A DNA stretch of 64,000 bases from Syntrophorhabdaceae bacterium (GCA_963666485.2 CAXXUO010000009.1:416001-480000), one strand, 5' to 3'; positions 32,036-42,105 are shown, numbered from the stretch's first letter. The notes: generated by a model from the sequence alone, not told the origin. Translations and numbers: made by a program.

Positions 32036-34507
32036 ATGAACGCAATACGGGTAAGGTTTCTCATCTGTTTGTTTCTCGCATCAATCATGATCGCCACCTA
32101 CTCATCCGCCGCGAATGCACCGGCCATCGAGGTAGGCCATGTGTATTATTTGGATGGAGAAGTCCTCCGCTATGTTCCCCAGGAACAGGACTGGGTCGCG
32201 GTGGTCAGGGACGCGCCCGTTACCACCGAAGACGCGCTTTATTCAGCAGACACCGGAAGGGCGGAAATCATCATCCCCAACGGAAGCCTGATCAGGATCG
32301 GGAATATCACTCAATTGCAGTTCACAGGTCTCAGTGCAGACCTGTCCGAAGCGGACATCGCCTCCGGCGTGGCACGGTTCTACAGTAGAGGCGCCCGTAC
32401 GGTTATTAAGGCGACAAGTCCTTTCGGATATGTCCTGGCGAATCCCGGCACGGTCTTTGACTTTTACGTCGGCGAAAATTCTGTCGAAGTGGTCGCCATA
32501 AAGGGAACGGTCAGTTTCATCCACCTGGCGACAAATGCGCGGTACGATGTGGTGGCCGGGTCCCCATCGATCCTTGCGGACGCAAATCAGGTCTCGTCGG
32601 GTGAAGGAACAGTCGATGCTGATTGGGACAAGTGGAATGCTGCCCGGGATAGTTTCTGGGCGGCGAGGTTGAAGGCAAGAGGCCGGTCTGCGGGATATCT
32701 TCCTCCCAATCTTGAGCCGGAGGCGTATGCCCTCGACGAGAATGGGACGTGGGAAATGGTCCCGTACCAGGGGAGGCAATGCTGGTTCTGGCGGCCTACT
32801 GACGTGCCTTCAGGGTGGTCACCCTTTACCAGGGGCCGTTGGACGGATTGGTACGGAGACCAGACATGGATACCGGACGAACCTTTCGGATATGTGACCC
32901 ACCATTACGGCAACTGGGTCTATGCCAGGGACAGATGGTATTGGGCCCCGCCGGTAGCCGGTTTCAGGGTCGGCCTTTCCTTTCTCAACATAGCTTTCTT
33001 CTTCAGTCCCGGAAGAGTTTCATGGATTCATAGCGAAAGATATGTAGGCTGGGTGCCCCTGGCGCCAGATGAGCGGTACTATTCCAGGCGCAACTGGGGA
33101 GACCCTCACGAAGTGGTCGTGAACAACGTAAACATCACCCGGATTACCATCAATGTACGCAATTACGCCTATGCGGACCATGCCGTCGTGGTCCCCCAGG
33201 GCGACTTCTATAATGTGAAGGACTACAGGAACGTGCGCGTGGCCAACGTAAACAGGGCGACCATCAATACCTACCGTGCAGCCCCGGTTGTCGATAACAC
33301 GGTGGTCCCCAACTACACCACAAACCGGCAACGGTACCAGTACGCCAACGTGCCCGTGAAGGAGAAGCCGCACAGCACTGTTATCAAACGGATCCAGCAC
33401 AACGAAACGACCATTCGTGGTGCCAGGAAAGCGAATGCCGCCGTGGTGGAGCGGCAGGTAAAGTCGGTCAAACAGGGAAAGATCAATCGTGAGGCCAAGA
33501 TAGGGCCACCGAAGACCACAGATTATCTTGTTCCTGTTAATGAGGTTAACCGGCCGAAATCGGAAGTGAAACTGCAGCAGAAGGATCTCAAGCGCGCCGG
33601 AGGCACCGTCCGGCCGGCCCAGCCAGCTCAGGTTGTCGTGCCCCGATATGTTGCACCGGCAAAACCGGGCGGAAAAAAACAGGTGGTGGTACCTGAACAC
33701 GTGGCGCCGGCACAGCCTGAACATCCGGGCCAGGCCGTTGTACCTGAACATGCAATACCGGCGAAACCGGGCCAGAAAAGCCAGGTGGTCGTACCCGAAC
33801 ATGCAACGCCGGTGAAACCGGGCCAGAAGGAGCGCCCCGGCCAGGTCGTTGTGCCGCAGCATACGGCACCGGCAAAGCCGGGTCAACCCGGCCAGGTGGT
33901 CGTACCCGAGCATGTATTGCCTGCACGGCCGACGCAGCCTGCGCCTCCCGGTCAAGTCGTTGTCCCTCAGCACGTGGCGCCGGCAAGGCCGGATCAGTCA
34001 AAAAAGGTCGTGGTCCCTCAGCACGTGGCACCGGCACAGCCTGAACATCCGAGCCATGCGGTGGTACCCGAGCACGTAGCACCCGCAGGGCGAGGTCAAT
34101 CAGGCCAGGTGGTCGTACCCGAGCACGCGACGCCGGCAAAACCGCCTCAGAAGGAGCGCCCGGGTCAGGTCGTTGTCCCTCAGCACACGGCACCGGCAAG
34201 TCCGGCCCAAGCACAAAAGGTCGTTGTCCCTCAACACGTGGCACCGGTGAAGCCTTCTTCACCGCCGCCGCCCGCTCAACCTCCGCGTCCGCCGCAGGCG
34301 CAGCAGCCCCCGGCTCCGCAACCGCCTCCACACGCGGCGCCGCCAAAACCTGCTCCACCGCCCCCTCAGGTACAGCCGCCGGCAAAGCCCCCTACTCCAC
34401 CACCACCTGCTCAACCTCCTCATCCGCCGCAGGTCCAGCCTCCGGCAAAGCCCCAACCGCCCCAGCCCCCTAAAAAACCTGAAGGAGAGGGTGAACCAAA
34501 AAAATAA
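32036..34507 (+). CDS. Exported FecR-like + DUF6600-like protein with Pro-rich repeat tail
   Basis: Signal peptide; GRAEI...GSLIRIG; WSPFTRGRW...EPFGYVTHHYGNW...VGWVPLAP; repeats. Confidence 0.8.
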   Translation: MNAIRVRFLICLFLASIMIATYSSAANAPAIEVGHVYYLDGEVLRYVPQEQDWVAVVRDAPVTTEDALYSADTGRAEIIIPNGSLIRIGNITQLQFTGLSADLSEADIASGVARFYSRGARTVIKATSPFGYVLANPGTVFDFYVGENSVEVVAIKGTVSFIHLATNARYDVVAGSPSILADANQVSSGEGTVDADWDKWNAARDSFWAARLKARGRSAGYLPPNLEPEAYALDENGTWEMVPYQGRQCWFWRPTDVPSGWSPFTRGRWTDWYGDQTWIPDEPFGYVTHHYGNWVYARDRWYWAPPVAGFRVGLSFLNIAFFFSPGRVSWIHSERYVGWVPLAPDERYYSRRNWGDPHEVVVNNVNITRITINVRNYAYADHAVVVPQGDFYNVKDYRNVRVANVNRATINTYRAAPVVDNTVVPNYTTNRQRYQYANVPVKEKPHSTVIKRIQHNETTIRGARKANAAVVERQVKSVKQGKINREAKIGPPKTTDYLVPVNEVNRPKSEVKLQQKDLKRAGGTVRPAQPAQVVVPRYVAPAKPGGKKQVVVPEHVAPAQPEHPGQAVVPEHAIPAKPGQKSQVVVPEHATPVKPGQKERPGQVVVPQHTAPAKPGQPGQVVVPEHVLPARPTQPAPPGQVVVPQHVAPARPDQSKKVVVPQHVAPAQPEHPSHAVVPEHVAPAGRGQSGQVVVPEHATPAKPPQKERPGQVVVPQHTAPASPAQAQKVVVPQHVAPVKPSSPPPPAQPPRPPQAQQPPAPQPPPHAAPPKPAPPPPQVQPPAKPPTPPPPAQPPHPPQVQPPAKPQPPQPPKKPEGEGEPKK
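33625..34255 (+). repeat. Intragenic tandem repeats, 12 x about 17-20 aa (QVVVP(E/Q)HxAP)
   Basis: Counted in the translation; boundaries approximate. Confidence 0.8.
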
Positions 34508-34559
34508 AATTATATTGCTGGTTTTTCTGCGAGCTTTTGCCCGGTATGGGCCGATTTAA

Positions 34560-34853
34560 TTAAGACCCAATAATCACTTCATAAAACGCCGGGGTTGGAT
34601 TACCTTCGAATAAGGGCTGCACACGTTTTCCGGCTTCATCGTGGGCTGGACTATTGTGCATATTCATGAAGGTATCCCGGCTCTCATGTTCGACGACGGC
34701 CGCATAATTACCGCCCTGCACCGGCTTGAGAAGCTTGCGGCTGATAAAGCCCGGCATTCTTGAGAACTCCTCGTTGGACCAGGAGAACCATTTTCGGAAT
34801 TCATCATCCTTTCCTTCCTTGATCGGTGGAAAATTAATAATAGCGACAAACAT
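34560..34853 (-). CDS. Antibiotic biosynthesis monooxygenase (ABM) domain protein
   Basis: 97 aa; MPGFISRKLL, ESRDTF...HNSPAH. Confidence 0.8.
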   Translation of the reverse strand: MFVAIINFPPIKEGKDDEFRKWFSWSNEEFSRMPGFISRKLLKPVQGGNYAAVVEHESRDTFMNMHNSPAHDEAGKRVQPLFEGNPTPAFYEVIIGS

Positions 34854-34932
34854 AACCGAATCCCTCCTTATAGATTGATTACGTCCAAACTATAGTATAA
34901 TACGTCGATAAAAACCCGACAGGAAGTGACCG

Positions 34933-35277
34933 TTATTTTCGACCAACGAGGATCTTGTGAGCCCAGTGCCGAAGGGCAAGGATGGGGTGGCGCGTCAGCA
35001 TGCGCGGTCCGGCGTATCGCATGACGTCACGCACCTTTTCCCGCATGGCAGGTTTGTAGCAGTGTATGGAACATAGGGAACATACCGGTTTCCGTGGACG
35101 GACGGCACACTTATGGATGCGCTCCGCGGCATAGTCAAGCAGTTCCCGGCAATCGGGGCAGAGTTCAGAGGCTGCATGGCGGTCCCTGCAGTAAATTGTG
35201 ATCATGGCCCGGATAGTCCTGATCTCCCTTTCCAGACGAATTTTCGCCCGGGGTTTATTTCGCGCTTTATCCGACAT
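34933..35277 (-). CDS. YgbA-like (nitrous oxide-stimulated promoter family) Cys-rich protein
   Basis: MITIYC, LCPDCRELLDYA, KPVCSLCSIHCYKP, VMRYAGPRML. Confidence 0.85.
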   Translation of the reverse strand: MSDKARNKPRAKIRLEREIRTIRAMITIYCRDRHAASELCPDCRELLDYAAERIHKCAVRPRKPVCSLCSIHCYKPAMREKVRDVMRYAGPRMLTRHPILALRHWAHKILVGRK

Positions 35278-35309
35278 TATTTTTCCCGGACACCCGCAAT
35301 TGACATATT

Positions 35310-36761
35310 TTAATTATATCCGCCCTGCTTCTTTTTTGTCGCCATCGAGAGGATTATGACGGCCGCGCTGAGACAGGACACGATGAGGACCACGTCATGA
35401 AGCGCCGGTATAGTCGAATGCCTGAGCAGTTCAACCGCATCAGGTTCTTTTGAATGCAGGATATCGCTATAGATCCCCTGCCTGATAGAAAAGACCGACC
35501 CGGTCATGGCCATGCCGATCGATATGGAGACCTGGCGCGTGGTGCCCATCAGCGCCGAGACAGACCCGAGGCGGGAAGGTTCGACGGCGCCCATGACGGC
35601 GCTATTGTTGGGCGGCTGGAATACGCCGACGCCGAACCCGAGAAGTGCAAGGACGGCGACGATCTCGGACAGGCCCGTAAAGAGGCCGAACCGCAACATC
35701 AAAAGAAAGCTTGCCGTGATCATGCCTGCTCCAACCACGGATGGCCATCTCGGGCCCAGCCGGTCAGAAACGAAACCGCTCAGCGGGCTTGCTATTAAAG
35801 TAGCGACCGGAATCGCGGCAAGAACAAGGCCAGCCCTCGATGCGCTAAGCCCGACCGCGTCCATGAGAAAGAACGGCATGATGACGGCATAGAGCGGCAC
35901 GGTGAGAAAAAAAGCAAAAAACGCCGACATCGCGCAGGAAAAGGCCCGTTCCCTGAAGAGCCCGAGATCAACGATCGGCTCCTCGGCGCGGCCCTCCCAT
36001 ACCAGGAAAAAAATGAAGAAAATTACTGCAGCGCAAATGAGGACAATGTTCATGCCGGATGCCAAACCGTACGTCTTGACCTGTCCCATCCCGAGAAGGA
36101 GACATAAAACGCTGGCAAAACTCAGGACGGTGCCCGGTATGTCAAGCGTGATCTTTTTCTGCCGCACCTCGTCCTTTTTGAGAAGCAGGAAGGCCAGCGC
36201 GACGGCGAGGACGCCGAACGGTATCCGCGTGTAGAAGATGGCTCGCCACCCCAGCCAATCAAGGAGAAATCCTCCCGCGACCGGTCCGACAATAAATCCC
36301 AGCGAGACGGCTATGCCGAGCATCCCAAGGCCCCTCCCCATTTCCCCGGGAGGAAAAGCCTCCGTTACTATCGCCGTGCTGCACCCGATAGACATTGCCG
36401 CCCCGACCGCCTGGATGATCCTGAAAATAACGATCTCCGGCACATCCCGCGCCACACTGCATAGCGCCATCCCGACGGTGAATATCACAAGTCCCGTGGC
36501 ATAGATCTTCTTCCTGCCGATGGTGTCGCTCAGCTTCCCGAAGGCAAGCATGGACCCGCTGCTCACGATGATGTACACGAGGGTCACCCAGATGACAGTT
36601 GTGAGATCAACCCCGAACACCCGGGTCAAATGGGGATACGCAATATTAATAATGCTCGCATCGAGGGTGGCCAACATCGTCCCGAGCGCCACCGTGATAA
36701 GCGCCTTCCATTTATACTGAAAACGTTCCGCCGCCGCAGCCCCTTCGACCATTAGCCGCAA
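35310..36761 (-). CDS. MFS transporter, DHA2 (EmrB/QacA-like)
   Basis: LDASIINIA, GKLSDTIGRKK, FRIIQAVG, GPVAGGFL...WRAIF; many TM segments; start uncertain. Confidence 0.9.
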   Translation of the reverse strand: MRLMVEGAAAAERFQYKWKALITVALGTMLATLDASIINIAYPHLTRVFGVDLTTVIWVTLVYIIVSSGSMLAFGKLSDTIGRKKIYATGLVIFTVGMALCSVARDVPEIVIFRIIQAVGAAMSIGCSTAIVTEAFPPGEMGRGLGMLGIAVSLGFIVGPVAGGFLLDWLGWRAIFYTRIPFGVLAVALAFLLLKKDEVRQKKITLDIPGTVLSFASVLCLLLGMGQVKTYGLASGMNIVLICAAVIFFIFFLVWEGRAEEPIVDLGLFRERAFSCAMSAFFAFFLTVPLYAVIMPFFLMDAVGLSASRAGLVLAAIPVATLIASPLSGFVSDRLGPRWPSVVGAGMITASFLLMLRFGLFTGLSEIVAVLALLGFGVGVFQPPNNSAVMGAVEPSRLGSVSALMGTTRQVSISIGMAMTGSVFSIRQGIYSDILHSKEPDAVELLRHSTIPALHDVVLIVSCLSAAVIILSMATKKKQGGYN

Positions 36762-37022
36762 CGCCTCGATGCTCCGGCCCTCGGTTCCTTCCTGTTCCCG
36801 ACGGCCCTGAATCGACCCCGTTTCCGTATTCCGAGGATCACGTGGTGGAGAATGGCTGCTTCAATAAGGGGTTGGCACGGCATGGCGCAATCGTAGGGTT
36901 TTAGTAATGACACGACACTTCCTTAGGATGGTCAGATACCTATGGCTAGGTTATCGTTCGTCAAGCTATATGTCAAGTTTGGCCTGAAAGAGCGGGGGAA
37001 AGCCCTGAACCTGTCACACGCG

Positions 37023-37319
37023 TTATCGGCTTTCTTCTGAAACAGGGTAACCGTGTGACCTGAGATCGTCTGCAACCGGTTGAGGGGAGAATGACCAGAA
37101 TTCTATCTCTTTTTTTATGGCAGGGTCATTATGGATAAAAATGAAACGATGATTGAGAAACGATCTGCGGATAATGATCGCTTCGATGTATGGACGCTTT
37201 ATCTCAACATCCTGCAGCATTGTTCTCATCGCGACCCTGTCATCGCTTATCGTCAATTTCACGAACGGCCACGAATTCTGAATTTTCCCAAATCTGCTTC
37301 CACCCCTGTGCTCACCCAT
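37023..37319 (-). CDS. Hypothetical protein
   Basis: 98 aa with an AAGG-rich upstream region; no family recognised. Confidence 0.5.
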   Translation of the reverse strand: MGEHRGGSRFGKIQNSWPFVKLTISDDRVAMRTMLQDVEIKRPYIEAIIIRRSFLNHRFIFIHNDPAIKKEIEFWSFSPQPVADDLRSHGYPVSEESR

Positions 37320-37444
37320 AACGTGCCCTTCCTTTCCCCGCTGCTTCCATTTCTCCTATACTTCCGCCTTTATGGGATCATTCTCAGGTTATCATAAACT
37401 AATCGCTAATCGTAGAAAAGATCTCCTGATATTTATGGAATTCG

Positions 37445-37556
37445 ATTCCCGACCACATTCGTATCCGGCGCTTGAGGAACTTGACGATACGTTAGGGAGT
37501 ATCGTGGACACCTTCACCAGAAAATACTGTTCTGCATAAAAAAGATCTTTTGCCGT
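37445..37556 (+). pseudogene. Degenerate copy of the 3' end of the ADP-ribosylglycohydrolase gene and its downstream sequence (28552..28664)
   Basis: Shared blocks ACATTCGTATCCGG, GAGGAACTTGACGATACGTT, AATACTGTTCTGCATAAAAAA, ATCTTTTGC; 1-nt deletion. Confidence 0.88.
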
Positions 37557-37621
37557 CATTTAAGAGCTGCACCATCAAGGCCCGAGGCCCGGTGACAAAC
37601 CTGGCCTTCGGGTGCTGCATC

Positions 37622-37649
37622 TTGACATTCATGTTATATCAGTTATACT
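37622..37649 (+). promoter_or_regulatory. sigma70-like promoter of the TA operon
   Basis: TTGACA-N16-TATACT. Confidence 0.6.
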
Positions 37650-37687
37650 AATCGATGTAATTGTGTCAACTATATGAGGTGAGTCAG

Positions 37688-37966
37688 ATGATCAAGAAAC
37701 TCCCCGCCTTAAAGGCCAGACAGAATCTCGGCCAGATTATGAACGAGGTATCCATAAAAGGTGATGATTACATCATCGAGAGGGCGGGCAAACCACTGGT
37801 TGCCATCATCTCTATCGACAAGTATCAAACGATACAACAGGATAGAAAAGAGGCGCTGGAAGCGCTCACCGATGTCTGGGGAAAAATGGCGGAAGTAGAT
37901 CCGGACGTGATCGAAGACGCCATCACAAAGGCGGTCCGGGCGGTAAGAAGTAAACACCGCGCATGA
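37688..37966 (+). CDS. Phd/YefM family antitoxin
   Basis: ARQNLGQIMNEV, YIIERAGKPLVAIIS; ATG after GAGGTG. Confidence 0.88.
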   Translation: MIKKLPALKARQNLGQIMNEVSIKGDDYIIERAGKPLVAIISIDKYQTIQQDRKEALEALTDVWGKMAEVDPDVIEDAITKAVRAVRSKHRA

Positions 37967-38394
37967 CAAGGATTGTCCTCGATACAAACCTGTTTATAAG
38001 CGCCTTTCTTTCACCCCGGGGCAAACCGGCGAGCATCCTTGCAATGTGCGTCAGCGGAGAAATGGACCTGCTGATCTCCCCCGCCATCTTGAAAGAGATC
38101 ACACTTGTTCTGGGCTATGCGAAGATCCTGAGGCTCCTGAAGAAACAGGGCATTACCCGGATCTATATTGCAGAAAAACTGCAAAAGGTCATCAAGACCG
38201 CCATCATGGTGCCCGGTGATCTTACCGTGCACCACATCGAGTCAGACCCCTCGGACAACGACATTCTGGCTTGTGCCCTCGAAGGCCGGGCGGATTACAT
38301 CATCTCCGGCGATCATCATCTTACCGACCTGGGATCTTTTCAGGGCATCCCGATCCTCACCCCGGATGTGTTTTTGAACATACTTCATAGGTAG
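37963..38394 (+). CDS. PIN-domain toxin
   Basis: IVLDTNLFISA, DPSDNDILACA, ADYIISGDHHL; ATGA overlap with the antitoxin. Confidence 0.9.
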   Translation: MTRIVLDTNLFISAFLSPRGKPASILAMCVSGEMDLLISPAILKEITLVLGYAKILRLLKKQGITRIYIAEKLQKVIKTAIMVPGDLTVHHIESDPSDNDILACALEGRADYIISGDHHLTDLGSFQGIPILTPDVFLNILHR

Positions 38395-38476
38395 GACCCT
38401 CTCAGACAAAAAAACAACTCCAGAGTATCCACGAAGGCAACCAGGTCCCTTTGTGTCAATCTCCTGCTGTCATATA

Positions 38477-38905
38477 TCAATGCCCGGTTATGAATCTCCG
38501 AATGGTCTTTTCTATATACTCCGTCGGCAGCTGCGCGTCTTCGATCCCCCTGTTGATCTCTTCCGCATAGCCCTTGCGGGGCACACCTTCGCCCTCGACC
38601 GGATCCACATAGACGAGACATCTCACGGGGGAACCATGAATCTCCACATCCGGGTATTCCTTCACGTACGCGCCGCCCTTCACCCCTTCGTAACGGTCCA
38701 AGAATCTCTCATCCGAATCCGATATTTCATAAACGAGACCATACACGGCATCTAACGGTGACTTAATTATATTGGCGTACCCCCGGGCGGAGATGATCCA
38801 CCGATATCCCGACAGGGTCCCCTTGCCGATCACACGGTGGTCAGGGCACCTCCTGTCCATTTGCCGCCGGCACATGTTTGAACCATACGCAAAATAGAGG
38901 GTCAT
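38477..38905 (-). CDS. Gamma-glutamylcyclotransferase (AIG2-like) family protein
   Basis: LYFAYGSNM, VYGLVYEI, LDRYEGV. Confidence 0.9.
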   Translation of the reverse strand: MTLYFAYGSNMCRRQMDRRCPDHRVIGKGTLSGYRWIISARGYANIIKSPLDAVYGLVYEISDSDERFLDRYEGVKGGAYVKEYPDVEIHGSPVRCLVYVDPVEGEGVPRKGYAEEINRGIEDAQLPTEYIEKTIRRFITGH

Positions 38906-39357
38906 GTCGCTTGTTCTCCCTTTAAATTACTCAACCACTCGAGCGTCCTATGGTCCGGCTCCCCGTCGAAGTACTTAGCGAGGGCCCCGGCGAAAACGGA
39001 TTCCGGACCGGTCACGCTCGCAAACAGCGTCATGCAGGACCTGAATTTCAAATCGTCAGGATAGTCGAAGATCTCGGATATTCCGCGTCCTTCGATGGCC
39101 AGGACCGCTTCCGTGCACTCCGTGAGCCTCGTTTCGAGGATGGGGTGGTCGAGGTAGCGTTTCGCTTCCACGATGCTCTTAATGGCGTAAAACTCGCTCG
39201 TCCGCGTATACCCTAACCCGTCGATCTGGGGGAAGATAAACCACATCCAGTGGGTCCTCTTTCTGCCGCCTTTCAGTTCTGCGAGGATTCTGTTGTAATT
39301 ACCGGCCTGGGCGTCCATGAAGCGGTCTATAAAGAACGGGTCGCTGTATGTCGTCAT
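38902..39357 (-). CDS. DUF1810 family protein
   Basis: RFMDAQ, ELKGGRKRTHWMWFIFPQIDGLG, PDDLKFRSCMTLF; ATGA overlap with the GGCT gene. Confidence 0.88.
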   Translation of the reverse strand: MTTYSDPFFIDRFMDAQAGNYNRILAELKGGRKRTHWMWFIFPQIDGLGYTRTSEFYAIKSIVEAKRYLDHPILETRLTECTEAVLAIEGRGISEIFDYPDDLKFRSCMTLFASVTGPESVFAGALAKYFDGEPDHRTLEWLSNLKGEQAT

Positions 39358-39462
39358 AGAGGTTCGGTCACCGTCTGCTTCGGCCCATCGTTCATATCAG
39401 GTTCACCTTTTTAAGCCCCATCCGAGCTTGCCCAATTACGCTTCCTTCCCGGTTGGTGCGAA

Positions 39463-39909
39463 TTATCCCTCTCGCAACCTAAAGAGCTGAACCGCTTCTT
39501 TCGTACTCAACCTGGTCGGGTCAACTTTAATCCCGACCCTCGGAAGGTCTAACCTGTCCGCATCCCAACATGTCTGAATTGAAACGTCATCGCTTCTCGA
39601 ACATGGTTTGTCATGGAAACGACAGGCGAAGATCAATTGGCCCAATTGTTTCCCGGAAACGTCCAGCATCCGTTTAGCGAATAGTTCCTGCACGAATACT
39701 GCCGCCCTTTCGCCGTGGCCATCATCGTCGGACTCGTCAACCCTTTTTGAGTCGTGCAGATAGGAAAACAAATACACCACTGTCAGGTCGGCCCCGTTAT
39801 TTTTCCCGATGGCTTGTCCAAATTCCCAGACATGGTCCCAATGCCTTTTTCCATGAATAGAATCAGAACCCAGCCTGAATTCTTTTTCTACGAGACTTAA
39901 AATATCCAC
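39463..39909 (-). CDS. HD-domain phosphohydrolase
   Basis: HGKRHW...LHDSKR...HG...HD...DADRLDL. Confidence 0.82.
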   Translation of the reverse strand: MDILSLVEKEFRLGSDSIHGKRHWDHVWEFGQAIGKNNGADLTVVYLFSYLHDSKRVDESDDDGHGERAAVFVQELFAKRMLDVSGKQLGQLIFACRFHDKPCSRSDDVSIQTCWDADRLDLPRVGIKVDPTRLSTKEAVQLFRLREG

Positions 39910-39944
39910 AGGCTATTGTAACTTATCCCTTCTATGTTTCCGGT

Positions 39945-40193
39945 CTATACCTCTATTATTTCTATTGATTGCGGGCTGATCAGGCTTGGCGTTCGGTGGC
40001 TTCGTTGGTTGCTCATGCGTATGCTATAGCCCTTTTTAAGATACGGTAAGAGTTCCTCAATGGTATTAACCCATATATAGTCTCTTTCAAAGCGGGTCAT
40101 GCTTGCAACATATTTCCCGTCGCTATGTTGATGAGGATATAGTACTGCCCCACGGCTTTCCCCGCGTGTCACTGTATAGCGCAGCGTTATCAT
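39945..40193 (-). CDS. Hypothetical protein
   Basis: 82 aa, co-directional with the HD gene; GGGGA upstream. Confidence 0.6.
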   Translation of the reverse strand: MITLRYTVTRGESRGAVLYPHQHSDGKYVASMTRFERDYIWVNTIEELLPYLKKGYSIRMSNQRSHRTPSLISPQSIEIIEV

Positions 40194-40516
40194 AGTGCGA
40201 TCCCCAATGTATCGTATTTATTTTGTAAATTTGATGTTTAGCACGATAACCAATATCCCAGTTTGGACGGTTCCCCGACCCGGGTATATCGCCTTTCGAC
40301 GGGTTTCGTTTTTGCTGCACTCCATGTTAGCGATGAATCCGGAATGTCTCTTATATTTCTGCCTTTTAGTGGATCATGCTTAGCTTATCATAAACCAATC
40401 GGTCGCCTATCAGAAAAGACATTCACGAATTCAGGGGCGTCCCTGAACCCTCCAATTGTACCTCTTGAAATCATATCCCGATGGTTGCCTATTTGGTTAC
40501 AGTTAAGTTCCCACTA

Positions 40517-41383
40517 TTATTCGTGGTACTCCCACGCTGTTTTAAATAATTCTTTTAGACCATCTGATGTCTTCGGATTATCTAATCTAAGCTGAATCGC
40601 AAAGGAATCGGCGCGTTTTTTCTTGTTAAATGCGATTTCGGCATTGTCCAAAAGTTCTTTTATCTTTTCAACGTTTTCATCCCCAACGCGAATTTCGAAG
40701 TGACAGTACGTTTCCTTCTTCTTGGGATGAAACCATGCGAAATTCTTTCTTGGTGTTCCGACCGCTATATGGCCCTTATTGTATGTGATTTTCGGGTTAT
40801 ATCCAAGCCCTTCGATGTTCTTTACGGCCTGGTCAAAAATGGATATCGATTTGTTATTGGCTCGTTTCACCCAGTAAGACCGGTCGGCTTTTTCGGCAGC
40901 TTCCGTATCTTCTTCCTCGGGCTCTTCGTATACATCGAGGACTTTTGTAAAATTGAGGATAATCTTATCTTCATATTTGATTGCAGCGAGTTGAATGGCT
41001 ATTATTGGAATTGATCTATTTAGCAACGAAATCACGTTGAAAAAACGATTGGTAATGTCTTCCGCTACAATGACAGCGACATGGTCCTTTGACAAGAAAC
41101 GACGTCTTTCGATGTCCCAATATTCTATTGTTCGTATAATATGACTCTCATCGAGTGTGCCGAGCATAATCTCGGTTTCATACATGGTCTGAGCATCGGG
41201 ATCTACCAACAAAAGATCAATTTTGCCTCCAGAAGATTGTTTTTTTTCCTTCTGATATAATGTTAAATCGCCTAATCCTAAGATTGATGGATCTTCTGCA
41301 ATTCTATCTTGCAGCCATTTTTCATTAAGGTCAGGATGTTTCTTCAGGCTAATTATATCTGGTTTTATGTATTCAAGATTCAT
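40517..41383 (-). CDS. NucS-like PD-(D/E)XK domain protein with a DUF5655-like C-terminus
   Basis: EKWLQDRI, GGKIDLLLVD, YETEIMLG, HIIRTIEYWD; GAGG RBS. Confidence 0.65.
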   Translation of the reverse strand: MNLEYIKPDIISLKKHPDLNEKWLQDRIAEDPSILGLGDLTLYQKEKKQSSGGKIDLLLVDPDAQTMYETEIMLGTLDESHIIRTIEYWDIERRRFLSKDHVAVIVAEDITNRFFNVISLLNRSIPIIAIQLAAIKYEDKIILNFTKVLDVYEEPEEEDTEAAEKADRSYWVKRANNKSISIFDQAVKNIEGLGYNPKITYNKGHIAVGTPRKNFAWFHPKKKETYCHFEIRVGDENVEKIKELLDNAEIAFNKKKRADSFAIQLRLDNPKTSDGLKELFKTAWEYHE

Positions 41384-41513
41384 CTTCCTCTCCTCTCTGT
41401 TGATGAAATGCTCTCTGAAATAGTTTGAATAACGCCTATTATTCTAACCTTTTACCCTTTAAATAAAAGTATTTCAAGGCCAATGGATCGAGAAAGGGTG
41501 AGGAATGTGGTAT

Positions 41514-41900
41514 TTATCTGGATGATCGTTGTACGAATTTATGAATCCCTCGGGCTTTTTTGTGGTCAAGGCCAAGGCGATATAGGTCATCTGGATGTAT
41601 GTTTGCCAAGTGTTCGATGCTTTTTATTCCGTTGTCTACTAATTTCATTACGGTCACTTTGCCGATTCTATCTATAGCCAGAAGCTTTCCGAGCGTGGCG
41701 CCGAGGCTAATGTTGTTGATTAACTCGAGTGTTTTCATTTTAAGGGAATCGAGTTTTGTAGCATTTGCGGGAATCGCAGATCTGTGAGATGACGTTCAAG
41801 GCCCAGACGCAGGTGAATTTGAGATCGTCCTCCAGCTTGCCTACCTCGGTGTTGTATTCGCGGGTTAGTTGGTCGAGTTTTGTGCCTTTCGCGTGGCGGT
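41514..41900 (-). pseudogene. C-terminal remnant of a probable Ski2/Hel308-like helicase
   Basis: KGTKLDQLTREYNTEVGKLEDDL...WALNVI, then a frameshift near 41755, then ...LLAIDRIGKVTVMKLVDNGIKSIEHL (HhH-like). Confidence 0.5.
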
Positions 41901-42105
41901 GAGGTAGGTTGGACACCCATAAGGCTCCTCCGCCTGTTGCTTCGGTAATAGATCCTTAGCCCAGCTTTTATCCCCTGGGTGATCAAATTTCAAGGAAAAA
42001 GGAATGCTATCAGAATCTATTTAAAAACCTAAGAGGCCAGCCGATGATTAGTTATGTCTCGCGGTTCCGCGGATTAGTAACAACGCTTAGTAGCAATTAC
42101 TTAAT

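Noticed and set aside
33625..34255. Regularly spaced DNA repeats resembling an array
   Set aside because: In-frame, degenerate at third codon positions, and explained by protein repeats.
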